Part shown: positions 8,096 through 18,757 of the stretch, piece by piece
How positions within the stretch are numbered: the stretch's first letter is position 1
Layout of the letters: each line of letters opens with the position of its first letter
DNA from: Candidatus Moraniibacteriota bacterium
GTDB lineage: Bacteria > Patescibacteriota > Minisyncoccia > Moranbacterales > JAPLXC01
Assembly: GCA_026396275.1 (NCBI GenBank)
Contig: JAPLXC010000019.1
Location: 355 to 64,354 of the forward strand
Direction: 5' to 3'
Length of the DNA: 64,000 nt
Notes under the pieces: model-generated
Database searches by the model: none
Seen by the model: only the letters and a program-made list of their open reading frames with translations
What the model was told of the DNA's origin: nothing
Program-made: the position numbers and the translations under genes

Positions 8096-9490
8096 ATGTT
8101 TAATTTATCAAAAATCAAGAAAGCTTATCTTATCGGCATCAAAGGAGCCGGCATGACCGCCGTGGCGCAGATTTTGAAATCGCGCGGTATTGAAATTTCC
8201 GGTTCGGATACCAGTGAAAAATTTTACACTGATGAAATTTTAAAAAGCAACCGCATCCCTTTTGTGGAAAAATTTTCGGCTGAAAATGTGCCCAGTGATA
8301 ACGATGTTATTATTTACTCCACCGCCTATTTGGAGAAAAATAATCCGGAGATGGCAAGAGCAAAAAAACTGGCTATTCCGCTAGTGAGTTATCCAGAAGT
8401 ATTAGGAATGTTATTTCAAGAGAAAATAGGGATTGCTGTTTGCGGCACTCACGGAAAAACAACAACCACGGCAATGCTTGCTGAATGTCTGCGCCTGGCG
8501 GGGGCAGAGCCAAGCGCCATTGTAGGAAGCAAAGTTATTGGATGGGGAGGAGGAGCGCTTTCCGGAAAAGGCCGGTATTTCGTGGCCGAGGCGGACGAAT
8601 ATCAGAATAAATTCCAGTATTACAATCCTTTTGCGGTAGTGCTCACCAGCGTTGATTGGGATCACCCGGATTTCTTCCCGACATTTACCGAATATAAAAG
8701 CGTTTTTGAAAACTTCGTGGCCAAAATTCCGCGCCACGGATTTTTGGTTTCCTGGGGAGACAGTTCAGATGTTTTAGATATCGTGAAAGAGGCTGAGTGC
8801 CAAGTGTTGAAATACGGATTTAGAGAAGATAATGACATAATTATATCAAATATCAAATATCAAATATCAAAATCCGGACAAAACATTCAAGTTTTTGAAA
8901 TTACTCAAAATGATAATCTGCTGGGAAGTTTTGAAATACAGCTTATTGGGAAACACAACATTCTCAACGCCGCGGCGGCTGTCGCCACTTGCCATAAATT
9001 AAATATTGATATTGATAAAGTACGCAAGGCGCTTAGAAATTTCCAGGGAACGGCGCGGCGTTTTGAGCATATTGGTAAAAAAAACAGCGCGATTTTGATA
9101 GATGATTACGCCCATCATCCGGAGGAAATAAAAGTTACCCTGAAAGCCGCGCGGGAAATTTATCCGGGAAAAAACATCATCACCGTTTTTCATCCTCACA
9201 CATATACGCGCACTAAGGCGCTGCTTTCCGAATTTTCTCAAAGTTTTGATGATGCTAATAAAGTTATAGTCATTGACATTTACGGCAGCGCGCGCGAAAT
9301 TCAGGGAGGAGTTTCCTCAAAAGAGCTGGTTGATCTGATAAATAAATACGATCACGACAAAGCCGAATATATTCCGACGATTAATGAAGTTATTGATAAT
9401 TTAAAAGATGCGCTTGGCGAAAATGATGTTGTGATTTCCATGGGAGCGGGGGATGTTTGGAAGGTAACTTCAGGTTTGCGAACTAACTGA
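8096..9490 (+). CDS. murC: UDP-N-acetylmuramate--L-alanine ligase MurC
   Basis: GIKGAGMTAVAQ and GTHGKTTTTAM Mur ligase motifs. Confidence 0.9.
   Translation: MFNLSKIKKAYLIGIKGAGMTAVAQILKSRGIEISGSDTSEKFYTDEILKSNRIPFVEKFSAENVPSDNDVIIYSTAYLEKNNPEMARAKKLAIPLVSYPEVLGMLFQEKIGIAVCGTHGKTTTTAMLAECLRLAGAEPSAIVGSKVIGWGGGALSGKGRYFVAEADEYQNKFQYYNPFAVVLTSVDWDHPDFFPTFTEYKSVFENFVAKIPRHGFLVSWGDSSDVLDIVKEAECQVLKYGFREDNDIIISNIKYQISKSGQNIQVFEITQNDNLLGSFEIQLIGKHNILNAAAAVATCHKLNIDIDKVRKALRNFQGTARRFEHIGKKNSAILIDDYAHHPEEIKVTLKAAREIYPGKNIITVFHPHTYTRTKALLSEFSQSFDDANKVIVIDIYGSAREIQGGVSSKELVDLINKYDHDKAEYIPTINEVIDNLKDALGENDVVISMGAGDVWKVTSGLRTN
8843..8872. repeat. (ATATCAA)x4 heptamer repeat in frame inside murC, encoding ISNIKYQISK
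   Basis: Read directly from the sequence. Confidence 0.85.
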
Positions 9491-9523
9491 CAGATGTTAA
9501 AACATATCAGCAGGTGTTTACTA

Positions 9524-9547
9524 CCGTATAACAGTATACGGTAGTAA
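9524..9547. repeat. Hairpin CTACCGTATA-acag-TATACGGTAG in the murC/ATPase intergenic spacer
   Basis: 10-bp perfect stem. A related ACGGTAT hairpin followed by AAGGGTAAA occurs at about 18697-18740. Confidence 0.6.
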
Positions 9548-9587
9548 GGGTAAATTATTATTTATTGGATCTTCAATTTAATTCGAG

Positions 9588-12374
9588 ATGATAATGTATA
9601 AAATGCAAAAGCGTATCTATAATTTAACTCCCGAAGAAGTATTGAAGAAATTCAATGCTTCTTTAAATGGTCTTTCAGAAGAAGAATTAAAAGCGCGGCT
9701 TAAAATTTACGGCTGGAATCAGATTGAAAAAAAAGCGCGGTGGAAGTGGCTGAAACTCATCTTTAATCAATTTAACGACGCACTGGTTTTGATCTTGCTA
9801 GTCGCGGCGTTTTTGGCGCTGCTTTTTCATGAATACCGCGACGTAACGATAATTTTGATTATCGTTTTTATTAACGCGCTCATCGGATTTTTCCAGGAAT
9901 TCAAGGCCGAGCGCATCTTGGATAGCATTAAAAAGTTTACCACTGATAAGGCACTGGTGATTCGCGGCAGCATAAAAAAGGAAATTGACTCGCGCTGGAT
10001 AGTGCCAGGAGACATAATTTTTTTAACAGCGGGTGATAATATTCCGGCCGACGGTTATCTTCTGGAAAGCTACGGACTGCGCGTCAACAGTTTCATTTTT
10101 ACCGGTGAGTCAAAACCGGAAACAAAGTCCTCCAAAGTTCTAGCGGATGAGAACATAGTATTGGCCGATGTTGACAACATGATTTTTATGGGTGAAACCG
10201 TGACGACAGGAGAAGGAAGATTTGTCGTGACTGCAACAGGAATGAATACAGAACTGGGAAAAATTGCAGGCCTTACCCAGAAAGTGAAAGACGAGTTGAC
10301 ACCGCTTCAGAAACAAATGCGAAAACTGGGCAAGGACGTCACTATTTTGGCAGTGCTCATTGGGATATTGGTAATGATCGCCGGCCAATATTTCAAATTA
10401 TCATTATATGAAAACTTCCTGTTTGCTTTAGCGCTTGCCGTTTCGGTAGTGCCGGAAGGACTTCCAGCAGCGATTTCAGTGGCTCTTTCACTGGGAATGA
10501 AACGCCTGCTCAAGAGCAATGTTTTAGCCAAAAAGCTGAACGCTGTGGAAACACTGGGGTCAGTTTCTGCGATTTGCACCGACAAAACCGGAACAATTAC
10601 CAAAAATGAATTGACGGTAACGAAAATTATAATTGACAACCGAATTATTAATGTAACTGGCGAGGGCTATAAACCGGAAGGAAAATTCAGCATTAACGGA
10701 AAAATAATTAATGCTCAGGAAATAAGAAATTTTGATTTGCTTTTTAAAATCGGAACGCTTTGCAACGACGCTAGTTTAGTGAAAGAAAATGGCACCTATA
10801 AAATCCTGGGCGATCCGACAGAAGGAGCAATAATTGTAGCCGGCAAGAAATTTAATCCAAAGGATGGCATATACGAAATCGGCGAGTATAAGATTAATGA
10901 AAATCCCTTCTCTCCCGAGCGGCGAAAAATGAGTGTAGTATTCCGGAATAAAAACACAGTTTCTTATGTCAAAGGATCGCCGGATGTGATGCTGGATTTG
11001 TGTGTTCAAAAAATGGCTGGCGATAAAATAGTTGGGTTTACCCAAGAGGAGAAAGAAAAAGTGAAAGCAATTTATAATGAAATGTCTTCCCGGGCGCTTC
11101 GCGTTCTTGCTTTTGCTTATAGGAATTTAGATGAGTTTCCTGAAAATAAGTACCTTGAGGAAAGTGAGAGAAATTTAATCTGGGTTGGCATGATGACTAT
11201 GATTGATCCGCCGCGGAGAGATGTAGCGCGGGCAATCGGACAATGCAGAAGTATGGGAATTAGAGTAATTATGATTACGGGGGATTATGAAGTGACGGCG
11301 CGGGCGATTGCCGAGCAAATAAAACTTATAAACAGAGAAACTGAGCAACTAAGCAACGATAATCTGGTTATTAATGGAAAAACATTAAACACATTAAGCG
11401 ACAAGGAAATTTATAATAAAATTAAAAACGGCGCGCGTGTTTTTGCCAGAATTGCCCCGGAACAAAAACTGCGAATTGCCAATATTTTGAAAAACAACCA
11501 TGAAGTTATTGCGATGACCGGAGACGGCGTTAATGATGCGCCGGCGCTCAAGCGCGCCGACATTGGAGTGGCAATGGGGATTATTGGCACGGATGTTTCC
11601 AAAGAAGCTTCAGATATGATTTTATTAGATGATAATTTTGCTTCTATTGTGGAAGGAATAAAAGAGGGGCGCACTATATTTCAAAATCTCAAAAAATTTG
11701 TTCATTATGTTTTTACCTCGAATGGAAGCGAATTGTTTACTGTGGTGTTTGGAGTTTTGCTGGGCATTCCATCGCCAATAACCGCCATTCAAATTTTAGC
11801 CACCGATCTCGGAACCGATATTTTTCCATCTTTTTCGCTAGGCATTGAGCCGGCCGAGCCGGATCTGCCGGCTCGCCTCGATAAGACCGAGTCGGAGCAG
11901 GCTGCCGGAGAAAAAAATAAAATAATAAGCAGCAAGCAAAAAGTGATGACATGGAAAGGTTTTCGGAGGATAATTTATATAGGAGTGATTATGGCAACGG
12001 GGGCAGTAGCGGCATTTGTCTGGTCTATGCTTCGGGGCGGCTGGTACTTTGGAGAATCAATCGTGTCCGATTCTTTGCTCTATATACAATCTACAACCGC
12101 GGCCTACGCGGTCATATCCATGACTCAAATGGCAAATCTTTTACAATCCCGAAGTGAAAACTTGTCGCCTTTTAAACTAGGATTTTTTAAAAATAAATAC
12201 GCCATCGGCGCGATATTTATTTCTGTCGGAATTCTGCTATCCTTTATATATCTTCCATTTTTCCAAAAATATCTCCACATGCATCCGATTGTGTGGCAGG
12301 ACTGGCTGATTGTCATTGTAACCACCCTTTTGGTATTTTTATGGGAAGAAGCAAGGAAAGCAGAGGAGCGTTAA
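9588..12374 (+). CDS. P-type cation-transporting ATPase (P2-type, Ca2+/Mg2+-like)
   Basis: DKTGTIT phosphorylation motif, MITGDYEVTA, TGDGVNDAPALKRADIGVAMG, and about 10 TM helices. Confidence 0.85.
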   Translation: MIMYKMQKRIYNLTPEEVLKKFNASLNGLSEEELKARLKIYGWNQIEKKARWKWLKLIFNQFNDALVLILLVAAFLALLFHEYRDVTIILIIVFINALIGFFQEFKAERILDSIKKFTTDKALVIRGSIKKEIDSRWIVPGDIIFLTAGDNIPADGYLLESYGLRVNSFIFTGESKPETKSSKVLADENIVLADVDNMIFMGETVTTGEGRFVVTATGMNTELGKIAGLTQKVKDELTPLQKQMRKLGKDVTILAVLIGILVMIAGQYFKLSLYENFLFALALAVSVVPEGLPAAISVALSLGMKRLLKSNVLAKKLNAVETLGSVSAICTDKTGTITKNELTVTKIIIDNRIINVTGEGYKPEGKFSINGKIINAQEIRNFDLLFKIGTLCNDASLVKENGTYKILGDPTEGAIIVAGKKFNPKDGIYEIGEYKINENPFSPERRKMSVVFRNKNTVSYVKGSPDVMLDLCVQKMAGDKIVGFTQEEKEKVKAIYNEMSSRALRVLAFAYRNLDEFPENKYLEESERNLIWVGMMTMIDPPRRDVARAIGQCRSMGIRVIMITGDYEVTARAIAEQIKLINRETEQLSNDNLVINGKTLNTLSDKEIYNKIKNGARVFARIAPEQKLRIANILKNNHEVIAMTGDGVNDAPALKRADIGVAMGIIGTDVSKEASDMILLDDNFASIVEGIKEGRTIFQNLKKFVHYVFTSNGSELFTVVFGVLLGIPSPITAIQILATDLGTDIFPSFSLGIEPAEPDLPARLDKTESEQAAGEKNKIISSKQKVMTWKGFRRIIYIGVIMATGAVAAFVWSMLRGGWYFGESIVSDSLLYIQSTTAAYAVISMTQMANLLQSRSENLSPFKLGFFKNKYAIGAIFISVGILLSFIYLPFFQKYLHMHPIVWQDWLIVIVTTLLVFLWEEARKAEER

Positions 12375-12416
12375 ATTGCTATATGGTTAAATTGTTACAT
12401 TGTTGAAAGTTTTTTT

Positions 12417-13346
12417 ATGCTGGAAATTAAAAAAAATGTTTTAATGAAAAATTATACCACCTTCCGCATCGGCGGACCGGCGAAGTTTTTCGCGGAGGTA
12501 AAAAGTAAGGAAGAGCTACTTGAAGCGTTAAAATATGCAAAGGATAATAAGCTTGATTTTTTTATCCTTGGCGGGGGCAGTAATTTACTAGTGAGCGACA
12601 AAGGATTCAGTGGGATTGTAATTAAAATACATGATACATCATACATGATACATAATACTTTGATAAAATGTGACGCCGGAATTCCACTCGCGCTTGTTGT
12701 TAATTTAGCCACACAAAATAGTTTATCCGGCATGGAATGGGCGGCGGGGATTCCGGGAACAATCGGTGGAGCTATAAGAGGCAACGCAGGAGCGTTTGGG
12801 GGTTGTGTGGCGGATGTGATTGACACAGTCAAGGCCTTGGATACTAACAACTTACAACCTGTAACCTACCGCAAAGAAGATTGCCAGTTTAAATATAAAA
12901 ACAGCATTTTTAAGCAAGATCCGAATCTGATAATTATGTCGGCAATAATTAAACTGCAATCAGGAAATAAAGAGGAGAGCCAAAGGAAGATTCAGGAAAT
13001 TATTGCTAAAAGATCAACCCGGCATCCTTTGGACTTGGGAAGCGCCGGGTCGTTTTTTATGAATCCGGTGGTGGCAAGTGAAGAATTATGTAAGAAATTT
13101 GAAGAGGAAAGTGGCAGCTGCTGTGAAGGGAGAAGAATTCCAGCCGCCTGGCTTGTTGATCAGTCAGGTCTCAAGGGCAAAAAAATCGGCGGAGCAATGG
13201 TAAGTGAAAAACACACCGGCTTCATTGTTAACACTGGTAACGCTACTGCTGAAGATGTTATAATACTGGTAAGTTTAATTAAGCAGCAGGTGAGGGATAA
13301 ATTCGGGGTGGAGTTAATAGAAGAAGTACAGTATCTCGGGTTCTAG
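12417..13346 (+). CDS. murB: UDP-N-acetylenolpyruvoylglucosamine reductase MurB
   Basis: NYTTFRIGGPAKFF...ILGGGSNLLVSD FAD-binding domain. Contains an in-frame heptamer insert. Confidence 0.85.
   Translation: MLEIKKNVLMKNYTTFRIGGPAKFFAEVKSKEELLEALKYAKDNKLDFFILGGGSNLLVSDKGFSGIVIKIHDTSYMIHNTLIKCDAGIPLALVVNLATQNSLSGMEWAAGIPGTIGGAIRGNAGAFGGCVADVIDTVKALDTNNLQPVTYRKEDCQFKYKNSIFKQDPNLIIMSAIIKLQSGNKEESQRKIQEIIAKRSTRHPLDLGSAGSFFMNPVVASEELCKKFEEESGSCCEGRRIPAAWLVDQSGLKGKKIGGAMVSEKHTGFIVNTGNATAEDVIILVSLIKQQVRDKFGVELIEEVQYLGF
12627..12658. repeat. (ATACATN)x4 heptamer repeat in frame inside murB, encoding IHDTSYMIHNT
   Basis: Sequence reads atacatgatacatcatacatgatacataatac. Confidence 0.85.
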
Positions 13347-13348
13347 TC

Positions 13349-13427
13349 TTTACGAATTACGAATTTTGTACGAATATACAAATATTTTTTTAATTAGTAT
13401 ATTAGTATTTGATTAGTAATTAGTAAA
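13349..13427. repeat. Intergenic repeat family B copy 1 (ACGAATTACGAATTTTGTACGAATATAC ... ATTAGTATATTAGTATTTGATTAGTAATTAGTA)
   Basis: About 85% identical to 61811-61884 and related to 25193-25275. Sits between the murB stop and the hpf start. Confidence 0.8.
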
Positions 13428-13439
13428 AATTTACTCAAT

Positions 13440-13808
13440 ATGACAGTTGAAGACATGAAGTTTATGCGCTTATTTTTTAAAGGCGTGAAGATCGACGAGC
13501 GCACGGAAGAATATATTAGAAAGCGGCTGGCAACTATTCAGCGGTTTCTCCCTAAAATTTTGCGGGCAGAAGTTGAAATAGACCTTGATAAAAAAGGAAA
13601 ATTTCGAGTGGAGGTGATGTTAAAAACACCATATCGGCTATACCGGGCTGAAGATATAACTGAAAGCATCGAGGGCTCTGTTGATTCTGTCGCAGAGGAT
13701 CTCAGGACTCAGATTAATCGAAGCAAAGATCGTCTAATATCACTTCGTCGCCGCGGCGGGCGGTCTATCAAGAAAAAAGCGGTGATTGACGAAAACGCGC
13801 GGTTTTGA
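13440..13808 (+). CDS. hpf: Ribosome hibernation promoting factor (HPF/RaiA, S30EA family)
   Basis: VKIDERTEEYIRKRL...LKTPYRLYRAEDITESIEGSVDSVAEDL is typical of YfiA/HPF. Confidence 0.75.
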   Translation: MTVEDMKFMRLFFKGVKIDERTEEYIRKRLATIQRFLPKILRAEVEIDLDKKGKFRVEVMLKTPYRLYRAEDITESIEGSVDSVAEDLRTQINRSKDRLISLRRRGGRSIKKKAVIDENARF

Positions 13809-13931
13809 GTATATATCGAGGTTCAACCCCCATAATTTACTGTGCTGTGCATAACCTGAATTTTGCCAATTTTTTCGTGGTAAAATAGAGAATAGCTAAT
13901 AATAACCAACTTTACTTCCATATTACCTAAT

Positions 13932-14333
13932 ATGGTAGCAGAACAAAAAACAAATATGCAAACCCAAATCAAAACCTGGCTGGGAGTGGTAATTATTATC
14001 ATCTTGGCCATCACTGCGGGTGTATTTGTCTGGCTGGCGCAGAAGAATCAACCGGAAATAATTTCGCCTCCGATACAGCCACCGATTAGCAAGAACCAGA
14101 AATTCTGCACCCAGGAAGCAAAAATTTGCTCCGACGGAACCTCCGTCGGCCGCACCGGACCCAACTGCGAATTCGCGCCGTGTCCCAGTGAGACGAATTG
14201 TGCCAAAGAAGGGGAAAGCATTGGAGCGGTATATCCAGGAGTGGTGCTAAAAGAGTGTTGCGATGGACTAACGCCGATTATTCCCAAAAACATAGTTGGC
14301 ACGCAGGGAATCTGCACGAAGGTGAATAATTAA
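13932..14333 (+). CDS. Hypothetical membrane-anchored Cys-rich secreted protein
   Basis: N-terminal TM helix followed by 10 Cys in about 90 aa. Confidence 0.45.
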   Translation: MVAEQKTNMQTQIKTWLGVVIIIILAITAGVFVWLAQKNQPEIISPPIQPPISKNQKFCTQEAKICSDGTSVGRTGPNCEFAPCPSETNCAKEGESIGAVYPGVVLKECCDGLTPIIPKNIVGTQGICTKVNN

Positions 14334-14453
14334 ATTTCCACTTTCAAATTCACAAACTAGCACTACCATAGATATATGGAAGAAAATATAAAAGCCCCTC
14401 ATCTTTGACCTGGGAGGCTTTTTTTGGTATGATTATTGGGTTATAATTGGTAG

Positions 14454-14511
14454 TGTCATCCCGAACTTAATTCAGGATCTAATTAGATTCCGGATCGAGT
14501 CCGGAATGACA
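14454..14511. mobile_element. MITE-like hairpin element family A (TGTCATCC...GATTCCGGATCGAGTCCGGAATGACA), copy 1, in the secA 5' UTR
   Basis: Terminal inverted ends TGTCAT/ATGACA with two internal stem-loops. Related copies at 19262, 46473, 52606, 54436 and 55265. Confidence 0.75.
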
Positions 14512-14520
14512 AATTTCATT

Positions 14521-17187
14521 ATGTCCCTATTTAAAAAAGTTTTTGGCTCTAATGAAAGAGAACTGAAAAAACTTCGGCCGCTAGTGGAAAAAATCAACGT
14601 GCTGGAGCCGGCTGTTAGCAAGCTTTCCGACGAAGAGCTGAAAAATAAAACAACTGAATTTAAAGAACGTTTAAATCCGCCAGCCAGTGGAGGCGAGGCG
14701 CTGGATGATTTGATTCCCGAGGCCTTTGCGGTAGTTCGTGAAGCCGCCAAACGTGTTATTGGCGAGCGGCATTTTGACGTGCAACTTATGGGCGGAATTG
14801 TGCTTCATCAAGGAAAAATCGCCGAGATGAAAACCGGTGAAGGAAAAACACTAGTATCAACGCTTTCGACATATTTAAACGCGCTTACCGGAAAGGGAGT
14901 GCATATCGTGACAGTCAATGATTATCTGGCCAAGCGTGACTGCAATTGGATGGGAGCAATATATCACGCTCTGGGAATTTCCACCGCCTGCATCGTTCAT
15001 GACACCTCTTATCTTTATGAACCAAAAATTGTTGATGCCGATGAAGTAAGCGTGGAAATGGAAAACCTCAAACCCGTTTCGCGCCGCGAGGCCTACAGTG
15101 CCGATGTTACTTACGGAACCAATAATGAATTCGGTTTTGACTATCTTCGCGACAATATGGTTCCGGGTTTAGATCAAATGACCCAGAGAGAATTAAGCTA
15201 CGCTATTGTGGATGAAGTGGATTCTATTTTAATTGACGAAGCGCGTACTCCTCTTATTATTTCCGCTCCCGACACGGAATCCACTAAGCTCTATCGTGAA
15301 TTCGCGCGAATCGTTCCGCGGCTGAAAGTCAAAGATGACTACGAAGTGGATGAAAAAATGAAAGCGGTAACTCTCACTGAAAAAGGCATTACTAAAGTAG
15401 AAGAACTGCTGGGAATCGGAAATATTTACGAGCCGGGAAAAATAACTTATGTTCATCATCTGGAGCAGTCGCTAAAAGCCAATGTTATTTTCAAACTTGA
15501 CCGCGATTACGTTGTGAAAGACGGGCAGGTGATTATCGTTGACGATTTCACGGGGCGCTTGATGCATGGCCGCCGCTACTCCGAAGGACTTCATCAGGCC
15601 ATTGAGGCCAAAGAAGGAGTAGAGGTGCAAAAAGAATCGCGCACCTTGGCCACCATTACTTTTCAAAATTATTTCCGGATGTATGGAAAACTAGCGGGAA
15701 TGACCGGAACAGCGGTAACCAGTGCGGAGGAGTTTTCCAAAGTGTACAAACTGGAGGTGATGGAAGTTCCAACCAACAAGCCAATGATCCGCAAGGATTT
15801 TCCTGACGTTGTGTACAAAAGCGAAGAGGGCAAATTCAAGGCGATTGTTGAGAAAATAAGGGAACTTCATCAGGCCGGCCAGCCGGTGCTGGTGGGAACC
15901 ATCGCCATTGAAAAATCAGAGTATTTGAGCGAACTTCTTTCCCGGGAGGGAATTACGCATGAGGTTTTAAACGCCAAGCACCATGAAAAAGAAGCTAATA
16001 TTGTGGCCAAAGCAGGGCAAAAAGGAGCAGTAACTATCGCCACTAACATGGCTGGGCGGGGTACTGATATTAAACTGGGAGAAGGCGTAAGAGAACTGGG
16101 CGGACTTTGCATAATTGGAACCGAACGCCATGAAGCCCGCCGGATTGATAACCAGTTGCGGGGACGCGCTGGCCGCCAAGGCGATCTGGGCGCGTCTCAA
16201 TTTTACGCTTCGCTCGAAGATGAATTGATGCGCCGATTTGGCGGTGATAAGCTGCACAATATGATGAATACCCTAGGACTACCCGAAGATCAGCCGATTC
16301 AGAACGCCATTATTTCCAAATCAATCGAAAGTGCGCAGTCAAAAATAGAAGGATTTAACTTTGATATCCGCAAACACGTTTTGGATTATGACGATGTGAT
16401 GAATAAGCAGCGCGAAGTTGTCTACAAAAAGCGACGCCAGATTCTTGAACTGGAGGAAACAAAAAACGAAATTTTCAACTTTCTTTCGGAGGAGCTGGAA
16501 AAAATTGTTTCCCTCTATTGTACCAAAGAGGATTACCAATGGAATACCGAAGGCATTATTGCGGAAGTCAGCACAATTTTTCCTCTTAACGGCGATGATA
16601 AAAAACAATTAGATATAATCCGGGACGATAAGTCAAAAGACGATGCCGAAAAAATCAATTCCCTGATTGAATATCTTTTAGGACAGGCGAAGAAAGTTTA
16701 CAATCAAAAAGAGAAGGAAATTGGAGAAGAAACAATGCGCCAGGTTGAGAAAATGATAATTCTCCAAACAATCGACATGCTTTGGATGAACCATCTGGAC
16801 GAGATTGATTATCTGCGCCAAGGGATAGGACTGCGCGGTTACGGCCAGAGAGATCCTTTGATTGAGTACAAAAGGGAAGCGTTCAATATGTTTTCCCACT
16901 TAATGGATAATGTCCGGTCCACCATTGTGCGGACAATATTCAGAATTAGCCCGGTCCGGCGGGAAGGCGAGCAGCGTGAATTAACGGAGCGGCAGAACTT
17001 ACAGTTTAAGGGAGCAAATGATGCGGTAGAACAGTTTGGAGCGGCTAAGGAAATGCAGTCCTCTTCAGGCGGGGAAGCAAAAAGTGAAGCCAAACAGAAG
17101 CCAATTATAAATAAAAACAAAGTGGGCCGCAACGATCCCTGCCCGTGCGGGAGTGGCAAAAAGTATAAGAAGTGTTGTGGAGCGTAG
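14521..17187 (+). CDS. secA: Preprotein translocase ATPase SecA (start revised to [18 protein letters not shown])
   Basis: DEAD-like motor motifs and a C-terminal zinc finger [14 protein letters not shown]. The ATG listed at 14506 lies inside the MITE-like element. Confidence 0.9.
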   Translation: MSLFKKVFGSNERELKKLRPLVEKINVLEPAVSKLSDEELKNKTTEFKERLNPPASGGEALDDLIPEAFAVVREAAKRVIGERHFDVQLMGGIVLHQGKIAEMKTGEGKTLVSTLSTYLNALTGKGVHIVTVNDYLAKRDCNWMGAIYHALGISTACIVHDTSYLYEPKIVDADEVSVEMENLKPVSRREAYSADVTYGTNNEFGFDYLRDNMVPGLDQMTQRELSYAIVDEVDSILIDEARTPLIISAPDTESTKLYREFARIVPRLKVKDDYEVDEKMKAVTLTEKGITKVEELLGIGNIYEPGKITYVHHLEQSLKANVIFKLDRDYVVKDGQVIIVDDFTGRLMHGRRYSEGLHQAIEAKEGVEVQKESRTLATITFQNYFRMYGKLAGMTGTAVTSAEEFSKVYKLEVMEVPTNKPMIRKDFPDVVYKSEEGKFKAIVEKIRELHQAGQPVLVGTIAIEKSEYLSELLSREGITHEVLNAKHHEKEANIVAKAGQKGAVTIATNMAGRGTDIKLGEGVRELGGLCIIGTERHEARRIDNQLRGRAGRQGDLGASQFYASLEDELMRRFGGDKLHNMMNTLGLPEDQPIQNAIISKSIESAQSKIEGFNFDIRKHVLDYDDVMNKQREVVYKKRRQILELEETKNEIFNFLSEELEKIVSLYCTKEDYQWNTEGIIAEVSTIFPLNGDDKKQLDIIRDDKSKDDAEKINSLIEYLLGQAKKVYNQKEKEIGEETMRQVEKMIILQTIDMLWMNHLDEIDYLRQGIGLRGYGQRDPLIEYKREAFNMFSHLMDNVRSTIVRTIFRISPVRREGEQRELTERQNLQFKGANDAVEQFGAAKEMQSSSGGEAKSEAKQKPIINKNKVGRNDPCPCGSGKKYKKCCGA

Positions 17188-17197
17188 GGATAGAAAT

Positions 17198-18136
17198 ATG
17201 GCATACAATCCAGAAAAACCATATAAAAATCAAATTTTAGGGCTGATTAAGAAAACCTGGCATACGCCCTATGTTTCTGTCCAGGAAGGAACATACACGG
17301 TGTTTAAGAGAAAATTTGATTATTCTGAAATCGATCATACCGATGGGATAGGTACGAAAGGAATTTACCACTGGGGTAGACGCACTTTTCGGAACGCAGT
17401 TTTAGACGCCTTAGCGATGAATTTGAATGATTTAGCAATGGCGAGGGCGATCCCATATAAACTTCAATGTCATCTTATTGTGCCAAAAGATGATAACAGA
17501 GCAATATTAGAGATTATGAAGAATCTGGTAGCGGAGTGCAAAAAACGCAATATTGTGATTACCGGCGGGGAAACGTCTATTCAGAATAATATACAAGGTC
17601 TTGACATCAGTCTGACAGTTAGTGGTTTTGTAAAAAGCGAGAAGCAAAATCAGTTTCGGGTTGGTGATGTATTGGTAGGCTTGGCAAGTAATGGAGTGCA
17701 TTCAAACGGTTTTACAACGGTACGAAAGACGCTAGGTAACAGATTTTCCGAAGCATTCACAGAGCCAACAAAGATATATATAGAAATGCTACAAGCCATT
17801 CAGGAAAAGTACGTTGTTCATGGCATGATGCATATAACAGGCGGTGCTTTCACAAAGCTGAAAAGTTTGCTTTCTAAAGCCGATGCGATTATTACGAAAA
17901 ATCATTCATTGAAACCTCAAGCTATATTCAGGAAGCTATATACACACGGGATCACAGATAAAGATATGTACAGGACTTTCAACTGTGGAATAGGGTTTGT
18001 GTTGTCAACCCCCAAAGATGACGCATTAAAAGTTGTTTCCGGAATAAAAGGCGCAGATATAATCGGAAAGGTAATACCAGGGACGGGCAAGGTGAGAATT
18101 ACCTCAATTTTTAGCGGTAAAGAGATAAAACTTTAA
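17198..18136 (+). CDS. AIR synthase-related protein (PurM-like)
   Basis: DGIGTK motif and NLNDLAMARA...ITGGETS PurM-family N-domain. Start chosen at MAYNPEKPY; the listed 17153 start overlaps the secA end. Confidence 0.6.
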   Translation: MAYNPEKPYKNQILGLIKKTWHTPYVSVQEGTYTVFKRKFDYSEIDHTDGIGTKGIYHWGRRTFRNAVLDALAMNLNDLAMARAIPYKLQCHLIVPKDDNRAILEIMKNLVAECKKRNIVITGGETSIQNNIQGLDISLTVSGFVKSEKQNQFRVGDVLVGLASNGVHSNGFTTVRKTLGNRFSEAFTEPTKIYIEMLQAIQEKYVVHGMMHITGGAFTKLKSLLSKADAIITKNHSLKPQAIFRKLYTHGITDKDMYRTFNCGIGFVLSTPKDDALKVVSGIKGADIIGKVIPGTGKVRITSIFSGKEIKL

Positions 18137-18142
18137 GAGAAT

Positions 18143-18187
18143 TACTGCGGGAGCGGTAAGAAGTATAAGAAGTGCTGCGGAAAATAA
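18143..18187 (+). pseudogene. Duplicated secA 3' fragment (encodes [14 protein letters not shown]), in frame directly after the purM-like stop
   Basis: Matches secA 17140-17187 ([15 protein letters not shown]) apart from synonymous changes. Confidence 0.7.
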
Positions 18188-18196
18188 AGTGTAGTT

Positions 18197-18664
18197 ATGA
18201 AGATTATCCAAACAGTTGCAATAATCCAAAAAGGAGATGAAATTCTTCTCGGCATGAAAAAGCGCGGTTTTGGAGCTGGAAGATGGAATGGTTTTGGCGG
18301 GAAATTAAAAGAAAATGAAAATGTAATTCAAGCAGCGCAAAGGGAGCTTAAAGAGGAAACCGGGATTGATACAGAAAATTTAATTGAAATGGGCATTATT
18401 GAATTTGAATTTAAGAGGAATCCTGATATCCTTGAAGTTCATTTTTTAAAAGGAACAGATTTTTCCGGAGCGCTGGTAGAAACAGAAGAAATGAAACCCG
18501 CTTGGTTTAAAATTAATGAAATCCCCTACGACTCAATGTGGCCGGATGATAAATTCTGGCTGCCGCTGTTTCTGGAAGGAAAAAAATTTTGCGGTAAATT
18601 CTTATTTGATAATTATAATAAAATCATTAAACATAAACTTGAGATCGTAGATAAGTTACAATAG
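18197..18664 (+). CDS. NUDIX hydrolase (MutT-like)
   Basis: Nudix box GGKLKENENVIQAAQRELKEETGI. Confidence 0.8.
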   Translation: MKIIQTVAIIQKGDEILLGMKKRGFGAGRWNGFGGKLKENENVIQAAQRELKEETGIDTENLIEMGIIEFEFKRNPDILEVHFLKGTDFSGALVETEEMKPAWFKINEIPYDSMWPDDKFWLPLFLEGKKFCGKFLFDNYNKIIKHKLEIVDKLQ

Positions 18665-18757
18665 CTGTTTCCATATATCAATATATGAAAAGACAATACC
18701 GCATTCTAGTATACGGTATGATGGACAAGTAAGGAATAAAGGGTAAAAAAGAAAAGC

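Noticed and set aside
14506-14520. Upstream ATG as the secA start (MTNFIMSLF...)
   Set aside because: This ATG is part of the MITE-like element's GGAATGACA end. The conserved SecA N-terminus begins at [18 protein letters not shown] (14521).
17153-17197. purM-like start at 17153 ([15 protein letters not shown]...)
   Set aside because: It overlaps the last 35 nt of secA in another frame. The ATG at 17198, preceded by GGGATAGAAAT, gives a non-overlapping start. Uncertainty remains.
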